Shown here: piece by piece, positions 21,480 through 33,403 of the stretch | Position numbering within the stretch: the stretch's first letter is position 1 | Layout of the letters: each line of letters opens with the position of its first letter | Source of the DNA: Escherichia coli | GTDB taxonomy: Bacteria > Pseudomonadota > Gammaproteobacteria > Enterobacterales > Enterobacteriaceae | DNA length: 64,000 nucleotides | Reading direction: 5' to 3' (one strand) | NCBI RefSeq assembly: GCF_003334255.1 | Contig: NZ_QOWU01000022.1 | The notes under the pieces: model-generated | Seen by the model: the letters and a program-made list of their open reading frames with translations, nothing else | Told to the model about the DNA's origin: nothing | The model's database searches: none | Position numbers and translations under genes: made by a program

Positions 21480-23441
21480 TTACCCTTTTCGCTTCGGCAA
21501 TGTTTTCAGCAGCTCATCCGGACTTACGGATGCCACTACGCTTCCCGGTAACGGCATTTTCAGTATGTGATTTTTGATTTTGCCAATGACGTGCATCTCG
21601 CATGGGCGGCAATCAAACTTTAGCGTTAATACTTCATCGCCGTTAACCAGTTGCATTGGCGTCGCCTTCCAGCTTTTGATATTGCCTTTCGCCTGTTTCG
21701 GGCACAGATTAAAGGCAAAGCGCAGACAATGCTTGGTGATCATCACCGGGACTTCGCCCTTCTCTTCATGTGCCTCATACGCCGCGTCAATCAGCTGCAC
21801 ACCATAGCGATGATAAAATTCACGCGCTTTCTGGTTGTATACGTTCGCGAGGAAACTCAGATGAGTTTGCGGATAAACCGGCGCAGGATCAGCAACCGGT
21901 TTACGGCTGCCCCGCTGGTAACTGGCAAGACGTGCAGCATCCAGCATGTCGGCGGCTTCACGGCGAAACTGGTTTAACAGACTGTTTGGTACAAACAGCG
22001 CTCCCGGCAAATTAATTTGCACATCGCGGGCGTAATAGAGGGTTTGCCCCAGTTTTGCCAGACCATCCTTCAGATTGCTCATTGCTTTTTCGGCGTTATT
22101 GGCTTCGTCGAACTGCCCATCCAGCGTATGCGTGATGCTGACCCCCTCTTCACTGGTGAGGGTCAGAATCAATTGTTCCTGCCAACCGCCCAGTTCAATG
22201 TCTACCGCCACCCGACGTTCGCTGGAGGTTTTTGTCAGTGCCTGCTGCCAGTTATGATCAAGATTACGGTTTAGTGGGTGATGCGGACGAATTTTGTGCA
22301 AATCTGCTGGCATTTCATTGGGCCAGACGCGGTACTGATTTTCTCCGGTTTTCTCGACCGTATTGGCACGAAAACCGACGACTTCACGTTTAATCATCAC
22401 GTTCAGGCCATCACCATTTGCCAGTGGCTCGGTGACGGCAACATCGAGATGATCTTTCGCCACTTTCAATACTTCACCCACCGGCAGGCCGATAAATTTC
22501 GGCGAATCGAACGCGCCAATATCGCCTTTACGGGCATTTACAAAATAATCTGTGCTACCACGGTGGAATGTCTTTTCCGTCGATGGAACAAAGAAATGTT
22601 CAGTACGACCTGATGAAGCACGCGTCAGATCGCCACGTTCTTCAATAATGGCATCCAGCATCTGGCGATAATGAGCAGTGATATTCTTCACGTAGCTCAT
22701 ATCTTTGTAACGCCCTTCAATCTTGAAGGAACGTACGCCAGCATCAATCAGCGCGCCGAGGTTGGCAGTCTGATCGTTATCTTTCATCGACAGCAGATGT
22801 TTTTCATAGGAAACCACCCGCCCCTGATCGTCTTTCAATGTGTATGGCAAACGGCACGCCTGCGAGCAATCGCCACGGTTGGCGCTACGCCCTGTTTGCG
22901 CATGAGAAATGTAGCACTGACCCGAATAGGCCACGCACAGTGCGCCATGAATAAAGAATTCAATGGTCGCGTCCGTGGCCTGGTGAATCGCGCGGATCTG
23001 CTCAAGATTCAGCTCTCGCGCCAGCACAATCTGCGTGAAGCCAACATCAGAGAGGAACTTCGCTTTTTCTACTGTACGAATGTCGCACTGCGTACTGGCG
23101 TGCAGTTCAATCGGCGGAATATCAAGTTCCAGAATCCCCATATCCTGAACAATCAGCGCATCGACACCGGTCTGGTAGAGGTCAGTAATCAGCCGTTGCG
23201 CGGGTTCCAGCTCATCATCATGCAAAATGGTGTTAAGCGTGACGAAAATTTTTGCACCATAACGATGGGCAAACGGCACCAGCTCGGCAATATCTTTCAG
23301 GCTATTACTGGCATTATGACGGGCACCAAAACCAGGGCCGCCGATATAAACAGCATCGGCACCGTGCAAAATAGCTTCGCGGGCAATGGCGGCATCGCGT
23401 GCCGGGCTTAACAGTTCAAGTCGATGAGAAGATACGGTCAC
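21480..23441 (-). CDS. rlhA: Peptidase U32-family protein YdcP/RlhA (653 aa, GTG start)
   Basis: ORF 21480..23483 begins at a GTG; the in-frame GTG at 23441 gives the K-12 length of 653 aa. Confidence 0.8.
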   Translation of the reverse strand: MTVSSHRLELLSPARDAAIAREAILHGADAVYIGGPGFGARHNASNSLKDIAELVPFAHRYGAKIFVTLNTILHDDELEPAQRLITDLYQTGVDALIVQDMGILELDIPPIELHASTQCDIRTVEKAKFLSDVGFTQIVLARELNLEQIRAIHQATDATIEFFIHGALCVAYSGQCYISHAQTGRSANRGDCSQACRLPYTLKDDQGRVVSYEKHLLSMKDNDQTANLGALIDAGVRSFKIEGRYKDMSYVKNITAHYRQMLDAIIEERGDLTRASSGRTEHFFVPSTEKTFHRGSTDYFVNARKGDIGAFDSPKFIGLPVGEVLKVAKDHLDVAVTEPLANGDGLNVMIKREVVGFRANTVEKTGENQYRVWPNEMPADLHKIRPHHPLNRNLDHNWQQALTKTSSERRVAVDIELGGWQEQLILTLTSEEGVSITHTLDGQFDEANNAEKAMSNLKDGLAKLGQTLYYARDVQINLPGALFVPNSLLNQFRREAADMLDAARLASYQRGSRKPVADPAPVYPQTHLSFLANVYNQKAREFYHRYGVQLIDAAYEAHEEKGEVPVMITKHCLRFAFNLCPKQAKGNIKSWKATPMQLVNGDEVLTLKFDCRPCEMHVIGKIKNHILKMPLPGSVVASVSPDELLKTLPKRKG

Positions 23442-23513
23442 ATTCTTATCCAGTAGCTGAAAAATGGCGGCTATTTTAGCCACAAGCGCGACGTTGCGAA
23501 ATAGTTTTCCCGC

Positions 23514-24050
23514 TTAACTGCGCGGGTAATGGATGAGGGAATGAAAATGTACGATTTGCTCCCTACCATTACGATAGACATGCGTGACGTCTGCAGCAAA
23601 TCGAGCGCCTTCCCCACAATTAAGGCTCTGCCATTCACCATCAACGCACAGATCAAGTTGTCCATCAATGACGACGACATGTTCGATTACCCCCTTCTCA
23701 TGGGGCGTCGATTCGCTTATTGCACCGGGTGCCATCTGAATCGAGAAGTGTTCAAAGCAGAGTTGTGGATCATAAGGAAACAGCGAAGTGATCACCATCG
23801 CCTGCTGTTGTGGATCATAAACTGAAGGCGTTGCGGACTGCGGCGGAGAAATAAATGTCGAAAATGGCACGTTCAACCCGGTGGCAATTTTCCATAATGT
23901 CGCGACCGTCGGGCTGGACTCATTACGCTCAATCTGCCCTAACATCGCTTTAGAAACGCCCGTCGCTTCTGCCAATCGCGAAAGACTCCAGCCGCGCTGC
24001 TGGCGTAGTTGTTTAAGTGTGGTGGATAAAAAGCGAGCGAGATTTTCCAT
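23514..24050 (-). CDS. ydcN: HTH (XRE-type)/cupin transcriptional regulator YdcN (178 aa)
   Basis: ORF track; N-terminal HTH (LKQLRQQRGWSLSRLAEATGVSKAMLGQIE). Confidence 0.85.
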   Translation of the reverse strand: MENLARFLSTTLKQLRQQRGWSLSRLAEATGVSKAMLGQIERNESSPTVATLWKIATGLNVPFSTFISPPQSATPSVYDPQQQAMVITSLFPYDPQLCFEHFSIQMAPGAISESTPHEKGVIEHVVVIDGQLDLCVDGEWQSLNCGEGARFAADVTHVYRNGREQIVHFHSLIHYPRS

Positions 24051-24141
24051 GCGACTCCTCCGGCAAAACGGAAGTTTATCACTTGTGCGTTATAACGGAC
24101 AAATGCTACGGTACCTGTACGCTATAACGCACGAGGTGACT

Positions 24142-25314
24142 ATGCGTCTGTTTTCTGTTCCTCCACCCACGCTACTGGCGGGGTTTCTGGCGGTATTAAT
24201 TGGCTACGCCAGTTCAGCGGCAATAATCTGGCAAGCAGCGATTGTCGCCGGAGCCACCACTGCGCAAATCTCTGGCTGGATGACGGCGCTGGGGCTGGCA
24301 ATGGGCGTCAGTACGCTGACTCTGACATTATGGTATCGCGTACCTGTTCTCACCGCATGGTCAACGCCTGGCGCGGCTTTGTTGGTCACCGGATTGCAGG
24401 GACTAACACTTAACGAAGCCATCGGCGTTTTTATTGTCACCAACGCGTTAATAGTCCTCTGCGGCATAACGGGACTCTTTGCTCGTCTGATGCGCATTAT
24501 TCCGCACTCGCTTGCGGCGGCAATGCTTGCCGGGATTTTATTACGCTTTGGTTTACAGGCGTTTGCCAGTCTGGATGGTCAATTTACGTTGTGTGGCAGT
24601 ATGTTGCTGGTATGGCTGGCAACCAAGGCCGTTGCGCCGCGCTATGCGGTAATTGCCGCGATGATTATTGGGATCGTGATCGTCATCGCGCAAGGTGACG
24701 TTGTCACAAATGATGTTGTCTTTAAACCCGTTCTCCCCACTTATATTACCCCTGATTTTTCGTTTGCTCACAGCCTGAGCGTTGCACTCCCCCTTTTTCT
24801 GGTGACGATGGCATCGCAAAACGCACCGGGTATCGCAGCAATGAAAGCAGCCGGATATTCGGCTCCTGTTTCGCCATTAATTGTATTTACTGGATTGCTG
24901 GCACTGGTTTTTTCCCCTTTCGGCGTTTATTCCGTCGGTATTGCGGCAATCACCGCGGCTATTTGCCAAAGCCCGGAAGCGCATCCGGATAAAGATCAAC
25001 GTTGGCTGGCAGCTGCCGTTGCAGGCATTTTTTATTTGATCGCAGGTCTGTTTGGTAGTGCTATTACCGGGATGATGGCTGCCCTGCCCGTAAGTTGGAT
25101 CCAGATGTTGGCAGGTCTGGCGCTGTTAAGTACCATTAGCGGCAGTTTGTATCAGGCGCTGCATAATGAGCGTGAGCGAGACGCGGCGGTGGTGGCATTT
25201 CTGGTAACGGCAAGTGGATTGACGCTGGTCGGGATTGGTTCTGCGTTCTGGGGATTAATTGCCGGAGGCGTTTGTTACGTGGTGTTGAATTTAATCGCTG
25301 ACAGAAACCGATGA
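24142..25314 (+). CDS. ydcO: BenE-family inner-membrane transporter YdcO (about 390 aa)
   Basis: ORF 23881..25314 trimmed to ATG at 24142 (MRLFSVPPPTLLAGF...) with GAGGTG SD. Confidence 0.85.
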   Translation: MRLFSVPPPTLLAGFLAVLIGYASSAAIIWQAAIVAGATTAQISGWMTALGLAMGVSTLTLTLWYRVPVLTAWSTPGAALLVTGLQGLTLNEAIGVFIVTNALIVLCGITGLFARLMRIIPHSLAAAMLAGILLRFGLQAFASLDGQFTLCGSMLLVWLATKAVAPRYAVIAAMIIGIVIVIAQGDVVTNDVVFKPVLPTYITPDFSFAHSLSVALPLFLVTMASQNAPGIAAMKAAGYSAPVSPLIVFTGLLALVFSPFGVYSVGIAAITAAICQSPEAHPDKDQRWLAAAVAGIFYLIAGLFGSAITGMMAALPVSWIQMLAGLALLSTISGSLYQALHNERERDAAVVAFLVTASGLTLVGIGSAFWGLIAGGVCYVVLNLIADRNR

Positions 25315-25348
25315 TAAAAAGCGCCATCTTACGATGGCGCGGCTGGAA

Positions 25349-26017
25349 TTACTTCTTGTTAACGTCAAACATGGTGGCATCGGTCGCCATGTCATCAATA
25401 ACTTGTTTAATATTTTCGAAAGCCATTGGCGTATTTTCGTTATTCAGGTCTTTACCTTCGCCCTGACGAACGACTTTGATAACCGGTTTATTAGTCGCTG
25501 CATCAATCAGCTCACCTTCAAAATAGAGGCGAGTATCCATGGTACGGTGGCCTGTAGCCATTTGCGTCCCCGCAACCACTAATGCAACAGGAACCACTTC
25601 ATAGAATTGCAGCCCTTCTTTGCTGGTATCTACACCGGTAATGGCCCCACGGAAAATCAGACTACGCGGCCCAGCGGTGGTAACCAGTGGTTTACGCTGC
25701 GCAATCGCTTCTTTCATTTCGGTGTTGGTATAGCTCAAAATTTTATCCAGAACTTTCTGCCCTACCTGGGTAGAAGGTTTTGGTACCGGATAATAAGTGA
25801 TTGGGTTCCAGACAATGCTGTCATATTTGCTTTGATCAAAACTCGGGTCTACCCAACGTAAAACAGGTTTACCTGTTGCTGAGGTTGTTTCTTTTAAATC
25901 AGAGTAATTGTTTAAAAAACCAGAATATTTATCTGGCTGGGTGATTTTAGAGGCACAACCAGACAGAGCCAACAAGCCGCATAAAGCTGCAACTTTCGCA
26001 AATGATGTGGTACGCAT
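25349..26017 (-). CDS. ydcL: Lipoprotein YdcL (222 aa)
   Basis: ORF track; lipobox LLALSGC. Confidence 0.85.
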   Translation of the reverse strand: MRTTSFAKVAALCGLLALSGCASKITQPDKYSGFLNNYSDLKETTSATGKPVLRWVDPSFDQSKYDSIVWNPITYYPVPKPSTQVGQKVLDKILSYTNTEMKEAIAQRKPLVTTAGPRSLIFRGAITGVDTSKEGLQFYEVVPVALVVAGTQMATGHRTMDTRLYFEGELIDAATNKPVIKVVRQGEGKDLNNENTPMAFENIKQVIDDMATDATMFDVNKK

Positions 26018-26319
26018 GAATAGTTTCCTGAGATGATTATATTACTTTTTAAGTTATAGCAAAAAGCGCCGCTTCGTGTTGTGGCAAAAAAAGTGTTGGT
26101 GAAAATAAATTTTTTAGCCCCTTTTCAGACGACATAGTCAATGCCGAAAAAGGGGCTAAGTCAATCATCAGTAGTTAAATTTCAGTATGTTAAGCTGATA
26201 AAAAACTTCGACTACTGTGATTAATTTCACATCACTTCGATAAAAAATATGCTTACCGAAAAGAAGAACAGTAAACCATCTCAGCGTGGGGAATTTTCAC
26301 GCGCTTTGTTCTTACCGGG

Positions 26320-26913
26320 TCATTTTTTACGTGCCAGCATCGTGGCGAAACGTAGTTTAATACGATTACCGTTGGCGTCGGTGCGGTGCAGCTCGCCGAC
26401 GTCTTCATTGTATTTCACCCTCTCCCAGCCTTCGTAATATCGACGTAATTCTCCCTCTTTGAAGGCAAACGGGAAGCCGACAGTACATGGATAATCAGCG
26501 GTATCCATCGCCGCCACAATCAGGTTGTAACCGCCAGGTTTAGTGCAACGCTGCATATTGGCAATCAGCCCTGGGATGGTTTTAGCCTCAAGGAACATCA
26601 GCACCACAGTCGAAAGAATAAAATCGTACTGTCCATCAAATGTGAGGTTATTCAGATCAACGACTCGGGTGTGTAAATTATCCAGATTTTCAATGGATTT
26701 AATGCGCTCTACATTGGCGATACTCATGGCATTTTTATCCCATGCGTCAACATCATAACCATTGGCTGCCAGGTAAAGACTGTTACGACCATTGCCACAG
26801 CCCAGATCCAGCGTTTTACCCGGTTTAACCACTTTCACCGCTTCCAGTACTTCAGAGTGTGTGCGGGTTAATTCATATTTATCAGTAAAATAGTTTTCGT
26901 CACGAATGATCAT
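26320..26913 (-). CDS. tehB: Tellurite methyltransferase TehB (197 aa)
   Basis: ORF track; SAM-methyltransferase motif I ([14 protein letters not shown]). Confidence 0.9.
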   Translation of the reverse strand: MIIRDENYFTDKYELTRTHSEVLEAVKVVKPGKTLDLGCGNGRNSLYLAANGYDVDAWDKNAMSIANVERIKSIENLDNLHTRVVDLNNLTFDGQYDFILSTVVLMFLEAKTIPGLIANMQRCTKPGGYNLIVAAMDTADYPCTVGFPFAFKEGELRRYYEGWERVKYNEDVGELHRTDANGNRIKLRFATMLARKK

Positions 26914-27902
26914 TCTTTGTCCTCTGCTTTCATTAAAACGGCGCGCTCAGTTCTGACTAACAATTTTCCCTGCATCAGAAGCGCAAAAGTACGGATGAGC
27001 AGTATTGCAATAATAAAATTGGTAAAGATAAACAGCGGCACCGCCAGCGTATGGAAAAATCCATTATCGCTGCCACTCCCCAGATGCAAACCGGTGGTTG
27101 CCAGTGCAGATACGCCGAACGAGAAACTCCAGAATGAAGCATTAAATGGCTGGGAGAGATACCATGGCATCAGACGTAGCATAAACAGCAGTTGCAGCAG
27201 TCCATAACCGAAAAGCATTTTCGCCAGCGTGTCACCCTCGCCGCCATTGACGCTCAGCCAGGCACTACAGGCCACCAGCGCAGGAGCGAGCTGAATGCCG
27301 AGTGATGTCCGCAGTGCCGTGGGTAATTCTCCCGAACTGCGCAGACGCTGCAAGATCACAGGTTCAAGGCTTAGCCATGAGAAAACGCCTGCGCCTAAAA
27401 ACACCAGACCGGCGTCGGTGTAGCCCAACGCACCACAGGCCATTGCGCTGATAAAGTTGTTGGCAACTGTCGGCAGATACAGTCCAGGCGTGGTAGCTTC
27501 TTCAGGGTGAGATCCGCGCCATAATCCCGCAGTTTGCCAGGCGGCATAAGCCAACTGAACCACGACACCAAAACTGAACAGGCACACCGCCAGTGGGCGA
27601 AACCACGGAACAAAACCAATCGCCACCAGCATCGTCGTTGCCGGAAACAAACTCACAAAACTGCTCAGCACTGGATGGCGCACTTCCGCCAGCACGCTAT
27701 GCGGAAAGCGTATGAGTCGGGTAATAAATGCGCTAGTTAATAATCCCCAGATGATCATCGCCAGAATCACCAGCCCATCCCCTAACCAGTGGCTGACCTG
27801 CCAAACCTGGCTGGCATAGCGCCAGGCAAATCCCATCCCTATCGTCCCCAACACAATACCAAAGTAGCCTGCCGGCAAATTGAGCACTTTATCGCTCTGC
27901 AT
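26910..27902 (-). CDS. tehA: Tellurite resistance / dicarboxylate-exporter-family membrane protein TehA (330 aa)
   Basis: ORF 26910..28010 trimmed to ATG at 27902 ([15 protein letters not shown]...); 4-bp overlap with tehB. Confidence 0.85.
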   Translation of the reverse strand: MQSDKVLNLPAGYFGIVLGTIGMGFAWRYASQVWQVSHWLGDGLVILAMIIWGLLTSAFITRLIRFPHSVLAEVRHPVLSSFVSLFPATTMLVAIGFVPWFRPLAVCLFSFGVVVQLAYAAWQTAGLWRGSHPEEATTPGLYLPTVANNFISAMACGALGYTDAGLVFLGAGVFSWLSLEPVILQRLRSSGELPTALRTSLGIQLAPALVACSAWLSVNGGEGDTLAKMLFGYGLLQLLFMLRLMPWYLSQPFNASFWSFSFGVSALATTGLHLGSGSDNGFFHTLAVPLFIFTNFIIAILLIRTFALLMQGKLLVRTERAVLMKAEDKE

Positions 27903-28025
27903 CTTCTTACTCATTTTGTTTAATTTATAAAGTATATTTGAAATACATTTTATGGAATTTTCTCGAGCATAGCCAGAGCCGCAGAATTTGCTACGGTTAT
28001 AGTAAGTCACCTGTGGGAAAACGCT

Positions 28026-29006
28026 ATGCGCAAATATCGTCTAAGTGAAGAACAGCGAGCCTTTAGTTATCAGGAAGATGGCACTAAAAAAAATGTGTTA
28101 TTACGGCAGATTATCGCCATTAGCGATTTTAACGATGTGATAGCAGGAACCGCTGGCGGCTGGATCGATCGCGAAACGGTGTTAGCACAGGAAGGAAATT
28201 GCTGGATTTACGACCAGAATGCTATTGCGTTCGGCGGAACGGTGATTTCCGGTAATACGCGTATCACCGGCACCAGCGTGCTGTGGGGAGAGGTTTACGC
28301 AACGGATAACGTCTGGATCGATAATAGTGAAATCAGCCAGAGTGCACATATAAGTGACAGTGTCACCATTCGTGGCTCATTAGTTTGCGGTCAATGTAGA
28401 ATATTTGGTCACGCCTTAATTGATCAACATTCTATGATCGTCGCCGCACAAGGCTTAACGCCCGACCATCAACTCCTGCTACAAATTTATGATCGCGCAA
28501 GGGTTAGCGCCTCGCGTATTGTCCACCAGGCACAAATTTATGGCGATGCCGTCGTCCGGTATGCTTTTATTGAACATCGCGCCGAAGTTTTTGATTTTGC
28601 CAGTGTTGAAGGTAATGAAGAGAACAACGTATGGCTATGCGATTGCGCTAAAGTCTACGGTCACGCGCAGGTGAAAGCTGGCATAGAAGAAGATGCCATT
28701 CCGACGATTCATTACAGTTCGCAGGTGGCGGAATATGCCATTGTGGAAGGTAATTGTGTGTTAAAACATCATGTCTTGGTTGGCGGAAATGCCGTGGTAC
28801 GTGGTGGACCGATTCTGCTCGACGAGCACGTTGTCATACAAGGTGAGAGCCGTATTACAGGTGCGGTGATAATTGAAAACCATGTGGAGTTAACCGACCA
28901 CGCCGTCGTTGAAGCCTTTGATGGCGACACGGTTCATGTCCGTGGTCCAAAAGTCATTAACGGCGAGGAGCGCATTACGCGAACGCCGCTGGCAGGGTTA
29001 TTGTGA
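28026..29006 (+). CDS. ydcK: Uncharacterized protein YdcK (326 aa)
   Basis: ORF track; repetitive V/I-rich periodic sequence. Confidence 0.8.
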   Translation: MRKYRLSEEQRAFSYQEDGTKKNVLLRQIIAISDFNDVIAGTAGGWIDRETVLAQEGNCWIYDQNAIAFGGTVISGNTRITGTSVLWGEVYATDNVWIDNSEISQSAHISDSVTIRGSLVCGQCRIFGHALIDQHSMIVAAQGLTPDHQLLLQIYDRARVSASRIVHQAQIYGDAVVRYAFIEHRAEVFDFASVEGNEENNVWLCDCAKVYGHAQVKAGIEEDAIPTIHYSSQVAEYAIVEGNCVLKHHVLVGGNAVVRGGPILLDEHVVIQGESRITGAVIIENHVELTDHAVVEAFDGDTVHVRGPKVINGEERITRTPLAGLL

Positions 29007-29537
29007 ATCGATAATACGCGCGTATAAGTTCACATCATCATAGGCATCATTCAGGAACTCAGCCTGTTTAAGGCAACCTTCAAGGATAAAACCATTGCGC
29101 AAAGCGACCTGATTGCTTTGCGGATTGTCCACCCGACATTTGATCACAAAGCGTCTAAGTTCACCAGACTGGGCGTAATGATGAATCAGTGCCTGCAGCG
29201 CCTGAGAAATGATCCCCTGCCCCTGATGAGATTCGTCCAGCCAGTAGCCGATTTCAGCGGTTTTATTCAGTGGTTCAATTCGATTAAACGAGATAACGCC
29301 GATAAGTTCATCTTCTTTGAAAATCATGAACATTTTGGCATAGCCGCGTTGATGCAACATCACATTACCCTGCACCGTTTTTCGCGTGTCCTCTTCACTC
29401 TGAACAAACTGCGGCCAGTTTAGCGACTGCTGTAACCAGGTTTTATTTTTACAGATTAACTGATAAAGAGGAGTGACGTGATTTTCTGCAACAGCATGTA
29501 ATTCAAGTGATTCACTTACTTTTATCGTTTCGGTCAT
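28998..29537 (-). CDS. rimL: Ribosomal-protein-L7/L12 serine acetyltransferase RimL (179 aa)
   Basis: ORF 28998..29552 trimmed to ATG at 29537 ([14 protein letters not shown]...); 3' end overlaps ydcK by 9 bp. Confidence 0.85.
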   Translation of the reverse strand: MTETIKVSESLELHAVAENHVTPLYQLICKNKTWLQQSLNWPQFVQSEEDTRKTVQGNVMLHQRGYAKMFMIFKEDELIGVISFNRIEPLNKTAEIGYWLDESHQGQGIISQALQALIHHYAQSGELRRFVIKCRVDNPQSNQVALRNGFILEGCLKQAEFLNDAYDDVNLYARIIDSQ

Positions 29538-29599
29538 CTTATCTCCAGTCAATCCATGCAGTTGTTAAAAAAGCCGCCTGGCTGGCGGCTTAGGAAAGT

Positions 29600-29824
29600 T
29601 TACACCTCTTTGACGCTCTCCTGCTGCAGGATTTTGAGCATCTCATCTTTTAACTGTAGCTTTTGTTTTTTCATGCGGACCACTTCCGCATTGTACCCTC
29701 GACCGTCGGAACCTTCCTTTCTGGCAATTTCATGATCAAGTTTATTGTGTTTATCGAACAAGGACATAAAGCGAGGATTTTCGTTTTTCAGACGGGATAT
29801 TAAATCTCGGTATTCTGGAAACAT
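29600..29824 (-). CDS. ydcH: Small protein YdcH (74 aa, DUF465-like)
   Basis: ORF 29600..29830 trimmed to ATG at 29824 with GGGAG SD. Confidence 0.75.
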   Translation of the reverse strand: MFPEYRDLISRLKNENPRFMSLFDKHNKLDHEIARKEGSDGRGYNAEVVRMKKQKLQLKDEMLKILQQESVKEV

Positions 29825-29963
29825 ACGCACTCCCTGTTAGTGGCTGACAAGGTGTATCTGAAATACACACCATCAGATTACTCATTTAACTTAGGGAAAA
29901 ATGCGAGCGGGATCGTGTTTAACCAGACGGCACCTCCCGTAGAAGGTGCCGAAGAAAAAACGA

Positions 29964-31619
29964 TTAACTCATCACACGGTCGTCAACATACTGACGTTTA
30001 TCCGGCGCTGGCGGGAAATACTGATACAGCCATGTTTCACTGATAGCGTCCCCCTGACAACGCAGATACATCCGCATATCGACCGGATCAGTGGAGTCCG
30101 AAGTCGGATACCAGTCAAACTGAATACGATAACCATCAATGGGTTCAATATAGAGAATTTCGATTTGCTTCGCTTCCCCACTGGAAAGCGTAATCACCGG
30201 CTCAATGCCTTTTGGCGCGGCAGCTTTCAGATCACCACCAACGAAATCGACGGCAAAACGACGCGCCCATTTTTCGGGATAATGTTCACCTGGTGCCCAG
30301 CCTTCCGGGAAACCGCCCATGCCGGTACGCGTCGCCATAACGCGCGCTAATGGGCAATGAACAGGCGGTTGCGCACTCCAGTACAGACGATACTGGAATG
30401 CAAACTCATCACCCGCTTTTACAGCTTTTTCTGGCTGCCAGAAGCAGACAATGTTATCCAGCGTTTCGCCCGTTGTTGGGATTTCCATCAGGCCGATGGT
30501 GCCCTTACCCCACTTGTTACGCGGCTCCACCCACAGACTTGGGCGTTTGTTATACCAGCCCATAATGTCCTGATAATGGGAGAAATCACGATCCAGTTGC
30601 AATAAACCAAACCCTTTCGGGTTGTTGTCGGTGTAAGCATTGAACTGCAATTTTTGTGGATTATTCAGCGGACGGCAAATCCACTCGCCGTTGCCCCGCC
30701 ACATGGACAGACGATCAGAGTCATGAATTTGCGGATGAATTGTATCGCACATCCGACGTTCATTAGTACCGCAGCTGAACATGCTGGTCATCGGCGCAAT
30801 GCCCAGCTGTTTAATGTCTTTGCGCGCATACAGGTGATTTTCCACATCCATAATCACCTGACTTTTCTCACAATGGATAGTGAACTTATAGGCACCAGTA
30901 ATGCTGGCGCTATCGAGCAACGCATAAACGGTAAAGGTAGTTGCCCCCGGTTTTACAGTATCAAACCAGAAGGCGGTAAAGTCGGGGAACTCTTCTTTAC
31001 TGTCGGTGTAAGTGTCGATCGCCAGGCCGCGGGCCGACAAACCGTATTGATATGTATCATCAACGGCACGGAAATAACTCGCGCCGAGGAATGATACTAC
31101 ATCACGGCGCGCCAGTTCGGGGGCTTTAAACACGCGAAAACCGGCAAAGCCGAGATCGCTTTGCCCTTCTAATTGTTTGGTATCAACACCCGCATCGTTG
31201 TATTTGAACAACTCCGGGCGAAAGTGAATTTCACGCGCCAGATGTGTTGCTGGATCTACAGAAAACATACGAACGCGGCGACGGAATCCCATTCCCATAT
31301 GGAAGAACTGAGCGTCCAGTTGACGGTTCTCAACGTTATGCCAGAGCGATTTTTCGGCGTCGTATTGAATACTGTTATAAGCCTGCGGCGTCATTGTCGC
31401 CAGCGTGTCAGGTAACGGACGCGGCGCACCACGCCACGCTGTTTGCGCTAAGTCGTGCGCCATTGACTGTAGAATGGAGAAGTCAAAACGCTGGGTTTGC
31501 CCGTCGGCAATATCAGAATCTGCCGCGAATGCCGCCTGAGAAAAAAGAGAAGCAATGCCGCTGGTACCGCACACGGCGGCCATAGCCATTGAACCTTTAA
31601 TAAATCGTCTACGATCCAT
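29964..31619 (-). CDS. opgD: Glucans biosynthesis protein D OpgD/MdoD (551 aa)
   Basis: ORF track; Tat-type signal ([16 protein letters not shown]). Confidence 0.9.
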   Translation of the reverse strand: MDRRRFIKGSMAMAAVCGTSGIASLFSQAAFAADSDIADGQTQRFDFSILQSMAHDLAQTAWRGAPRPLPDTLATMTPQAYNSIQYDAEKSLWHNVENRQLDAQFFHMGMGFRRRVRMFSVDPATHLAREIHFRPELFKYNDAGVDTKQLEGQSDLGFAGFRVFKAPELARRDVVSFLGASYFRAVDDTYQYGLSARGLAIDTYTDSKEEFPDFTAFWFDTVKPGATTFTVYALLDSASITGAYKFTIHCEKSQVIMDVENHLYARKDIKQLGIAPMTSMFSCGTNERRMCDTIHPQIHDSDRLSMWRGNGEWICRPLNNPQKLQFNAYTDNNPKGFGLLQLDRDFSHYQDIMGWYNKRPSLWVEPRNKWGKGTIGLMEIPTTGETLDNIVCFWQPEKAVKAGDEFAFQYRLYWSAQPPVHCPLARVMATRTGMGGFPEGWAPGEHYPEKWARRFAVDFVGGDLKAAAPKGIEPVITLSSGEAKQIEILYIEPIDGYRIQFDWYPTSDSTDPVDMRMYLRCQGDAISETWLYQYFPPAPDKRQYVDDRVMS

Positions 31620-31843
31620 ACCTGAAAGTGAGTCCTTCTGGTGTTGTGAATGGTCCCGCGCTGGTCGTTTTCAGCGGCAAGAAAGTGCTTATTTATGACC
31701 GCTCACTCTAGACAATATTTATTAATAATCCAATTGTTGAACTGAGAGAATATGCATAAATCGGCATTTTTTTTATGTCGATGGGATGAGCCTGATTCGT
31801 TTGTAAAATCAGGCAAATTTTTGCAAAGGCGGATGGTCAGAAT

Positions 31844-33187
31844 TTAAAGCAAACCACAGCGACGTTTACTGCGTTCTTCCGCTTCCTGGTAAAGCTGGAA
31901 CTCATCCAAAACCGGACAACCCAACGCCTGCTCAAATGCTTCGCGACTGGCATTACCGTGACTGCGTGTCTGCGTTTCATTACCCAGATTTGACTGGAAG
32001 ATCCCCGCCGCGCTAACGGGCAAGAAATCTTCATAGGTAATGGGTTGCGCCACTACCCAACCGCGTTCAATTAAGGGCTGTGGATCGTCTCCGGGATGAA
32101 TCGCCTGACGATGCGCCTCACCCGAAGGCGTCAGACGGTACCGGAACCATGCCAACCCTTGCTGACGCATTAAAAACTCACTGTCAGGAAAAGTGCGGAA
32201 GGTTTCCTGTAAATGCATTTGGTGAGTGAGATTATCCTGCCCGGTTCCAGCGTTACACAGAAGATCATCATACAGTTGTCGCCCTTTCGGCGTTAATGCC
32301 ACACCACGCTGCTCTATTTCACCAAAGCGCGCGGTATGCGTGCCCTGTTTCTGCCCCGCAAACAACACCGTCTCTTCCAGTGCTTTAAAGCTGGTCTGGC
32401 GTAGTAAAATCGGTACCTCGCGGCGCGGCGGCCCCTCGATCAGAATTTTGGGTTCAATTCCGCATTCAGGCATCATCGACTGCACCCGGTCAATATCCAG
32501 CGTACGTGGCGTCAGGTGGTTGATATGGCATCCAGGAAAACAGACCACATCAGCAATCAACCGATGTTCGTTGTGCAAGGCGCGATAGGTTTCTTCATCT
32601 ACCGTTGCTGACTGGTGCCAGCGAAACGTTTCCAGGGCCTCTTGCACAAATTCCTGTGCCTGTGTTTCGTTAAAACCGCCCTGCTGCTCATATTCCTCTA
32701 ACAGTTGTCGACAACGTGGGGTGAAGATATCGCGCTGACGCAGAATCTCCGCCGCTTTCTGGCGCAAAATTTCGTTCTCGATAAGCTCAAGGCGGAGTAA
32801 GGAGGTAAAAACGCGGAAGGGATTACGCGCCAGAGAAGCATCATCAATGGGCCGAAATGCTGTCGAATGTACCGGCACCCCTGCCTGCGAGAGATCGTAA
32901 TAGCTCACCGGGTACATCCCCATAATGGCAAACATCCGCCGAAGAGTAGCAAGCTCTTGTGCAGTCCCAACGCGAATCGCCCCATGACGTTCAACATTCA
33001 GTCGCGCCAGCTCGTCTGCATTTACCATTTTTTCGTGCAGTTGAGGATTGTTTTCCAGCACAGCCAGATTCACATCAGCTACCAGTTCCAGCAGCGTGCC
33101 GTACTGCGGAACTTCTTGCTGGTACATGGCTGACATTGCCTGCGAAAACTGTTCCCGAATCTCATCCGCCGTGATGCTGTTCGCCAT
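31844..33187 (-). CDS. ydcJ: DUF1338-family protein YdcJ (447 aa)
   Basis: ORF track; synteny. Confidence 0.85.
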   Translation of the reverse strand: MANSITADEIREQFSQAMSAMYQQEVPQYGTLLELVADVNLAVLENNPQLHEKMVNADELARLNVERHGAIRVGTAQELATLRRMFAIMGMYPVSYYDLSQAGVPVHSTAFRPIDDASLARNPFRVFTSLLRLELIENEILRQKAAEILRQRDIFTPRCRQLLEEYEQQGGFNETQAQEFVQEALETFRWHQSATVDEETYRALHNEHRLIADVVCFPGCHINHLTPRTLDIDRVQSMMPECGIEPKILIEGPPRREVPILLRQTSFKALEETVLFAGQKQGTHTARFGEIEQRGVALTPKGRQLYDDLLCNAGTGQDNLTHQMHLQETFRTFPDSEFLMRQQGLAWFRYRLTPSGEAHRQAIHPGDDPQPLIERGWVVAQPITYEDFLPVSAAGIFQSNLGNETQTRSHGNASREAFEQALGCPVLDEFQLYQEAEERSKRRCGLL

Positions 33188-33403
33188 AGTGTCTGCCTCC
33201 AGTGGTCAGTAATCTGGAGTGTAGGTAACCGCATTCACTCTTGCGGGAAGAATTTACAAACTGTGATCTCGCCGCGAAAACATCAATATTATCCATTTTG
33301 CTGTAACATAATTGCTTTAATTGTTAATAATATTTTGCAATCAAGTTATCATAATCAAACAACTTCACTTGTCAGCGACACCGCTTCGTTTTTAACATCG
33401 CTT

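Noticed and set aside
21480-23483. 5' extensions of several ORF-track frames (rlhA, ansP, curA, mnaT, tehA, ydcI, ydcO, cybB, mcbR, ynbD)
   Set aside because: The extended starts use GTG/TTG or lack an SD; internal ATG or GTG codons with good SD sequences reproduce the known protein lengths, so the shorter coordinates were used.
26120-26170. Inverted repeat (agccccttttcag...ccgaaaaaggggct) between ydcL and tehB
   Set aside because: It could be a terminator or REP-like element, but the flanking U-tract is poor on either strand; function not supported.
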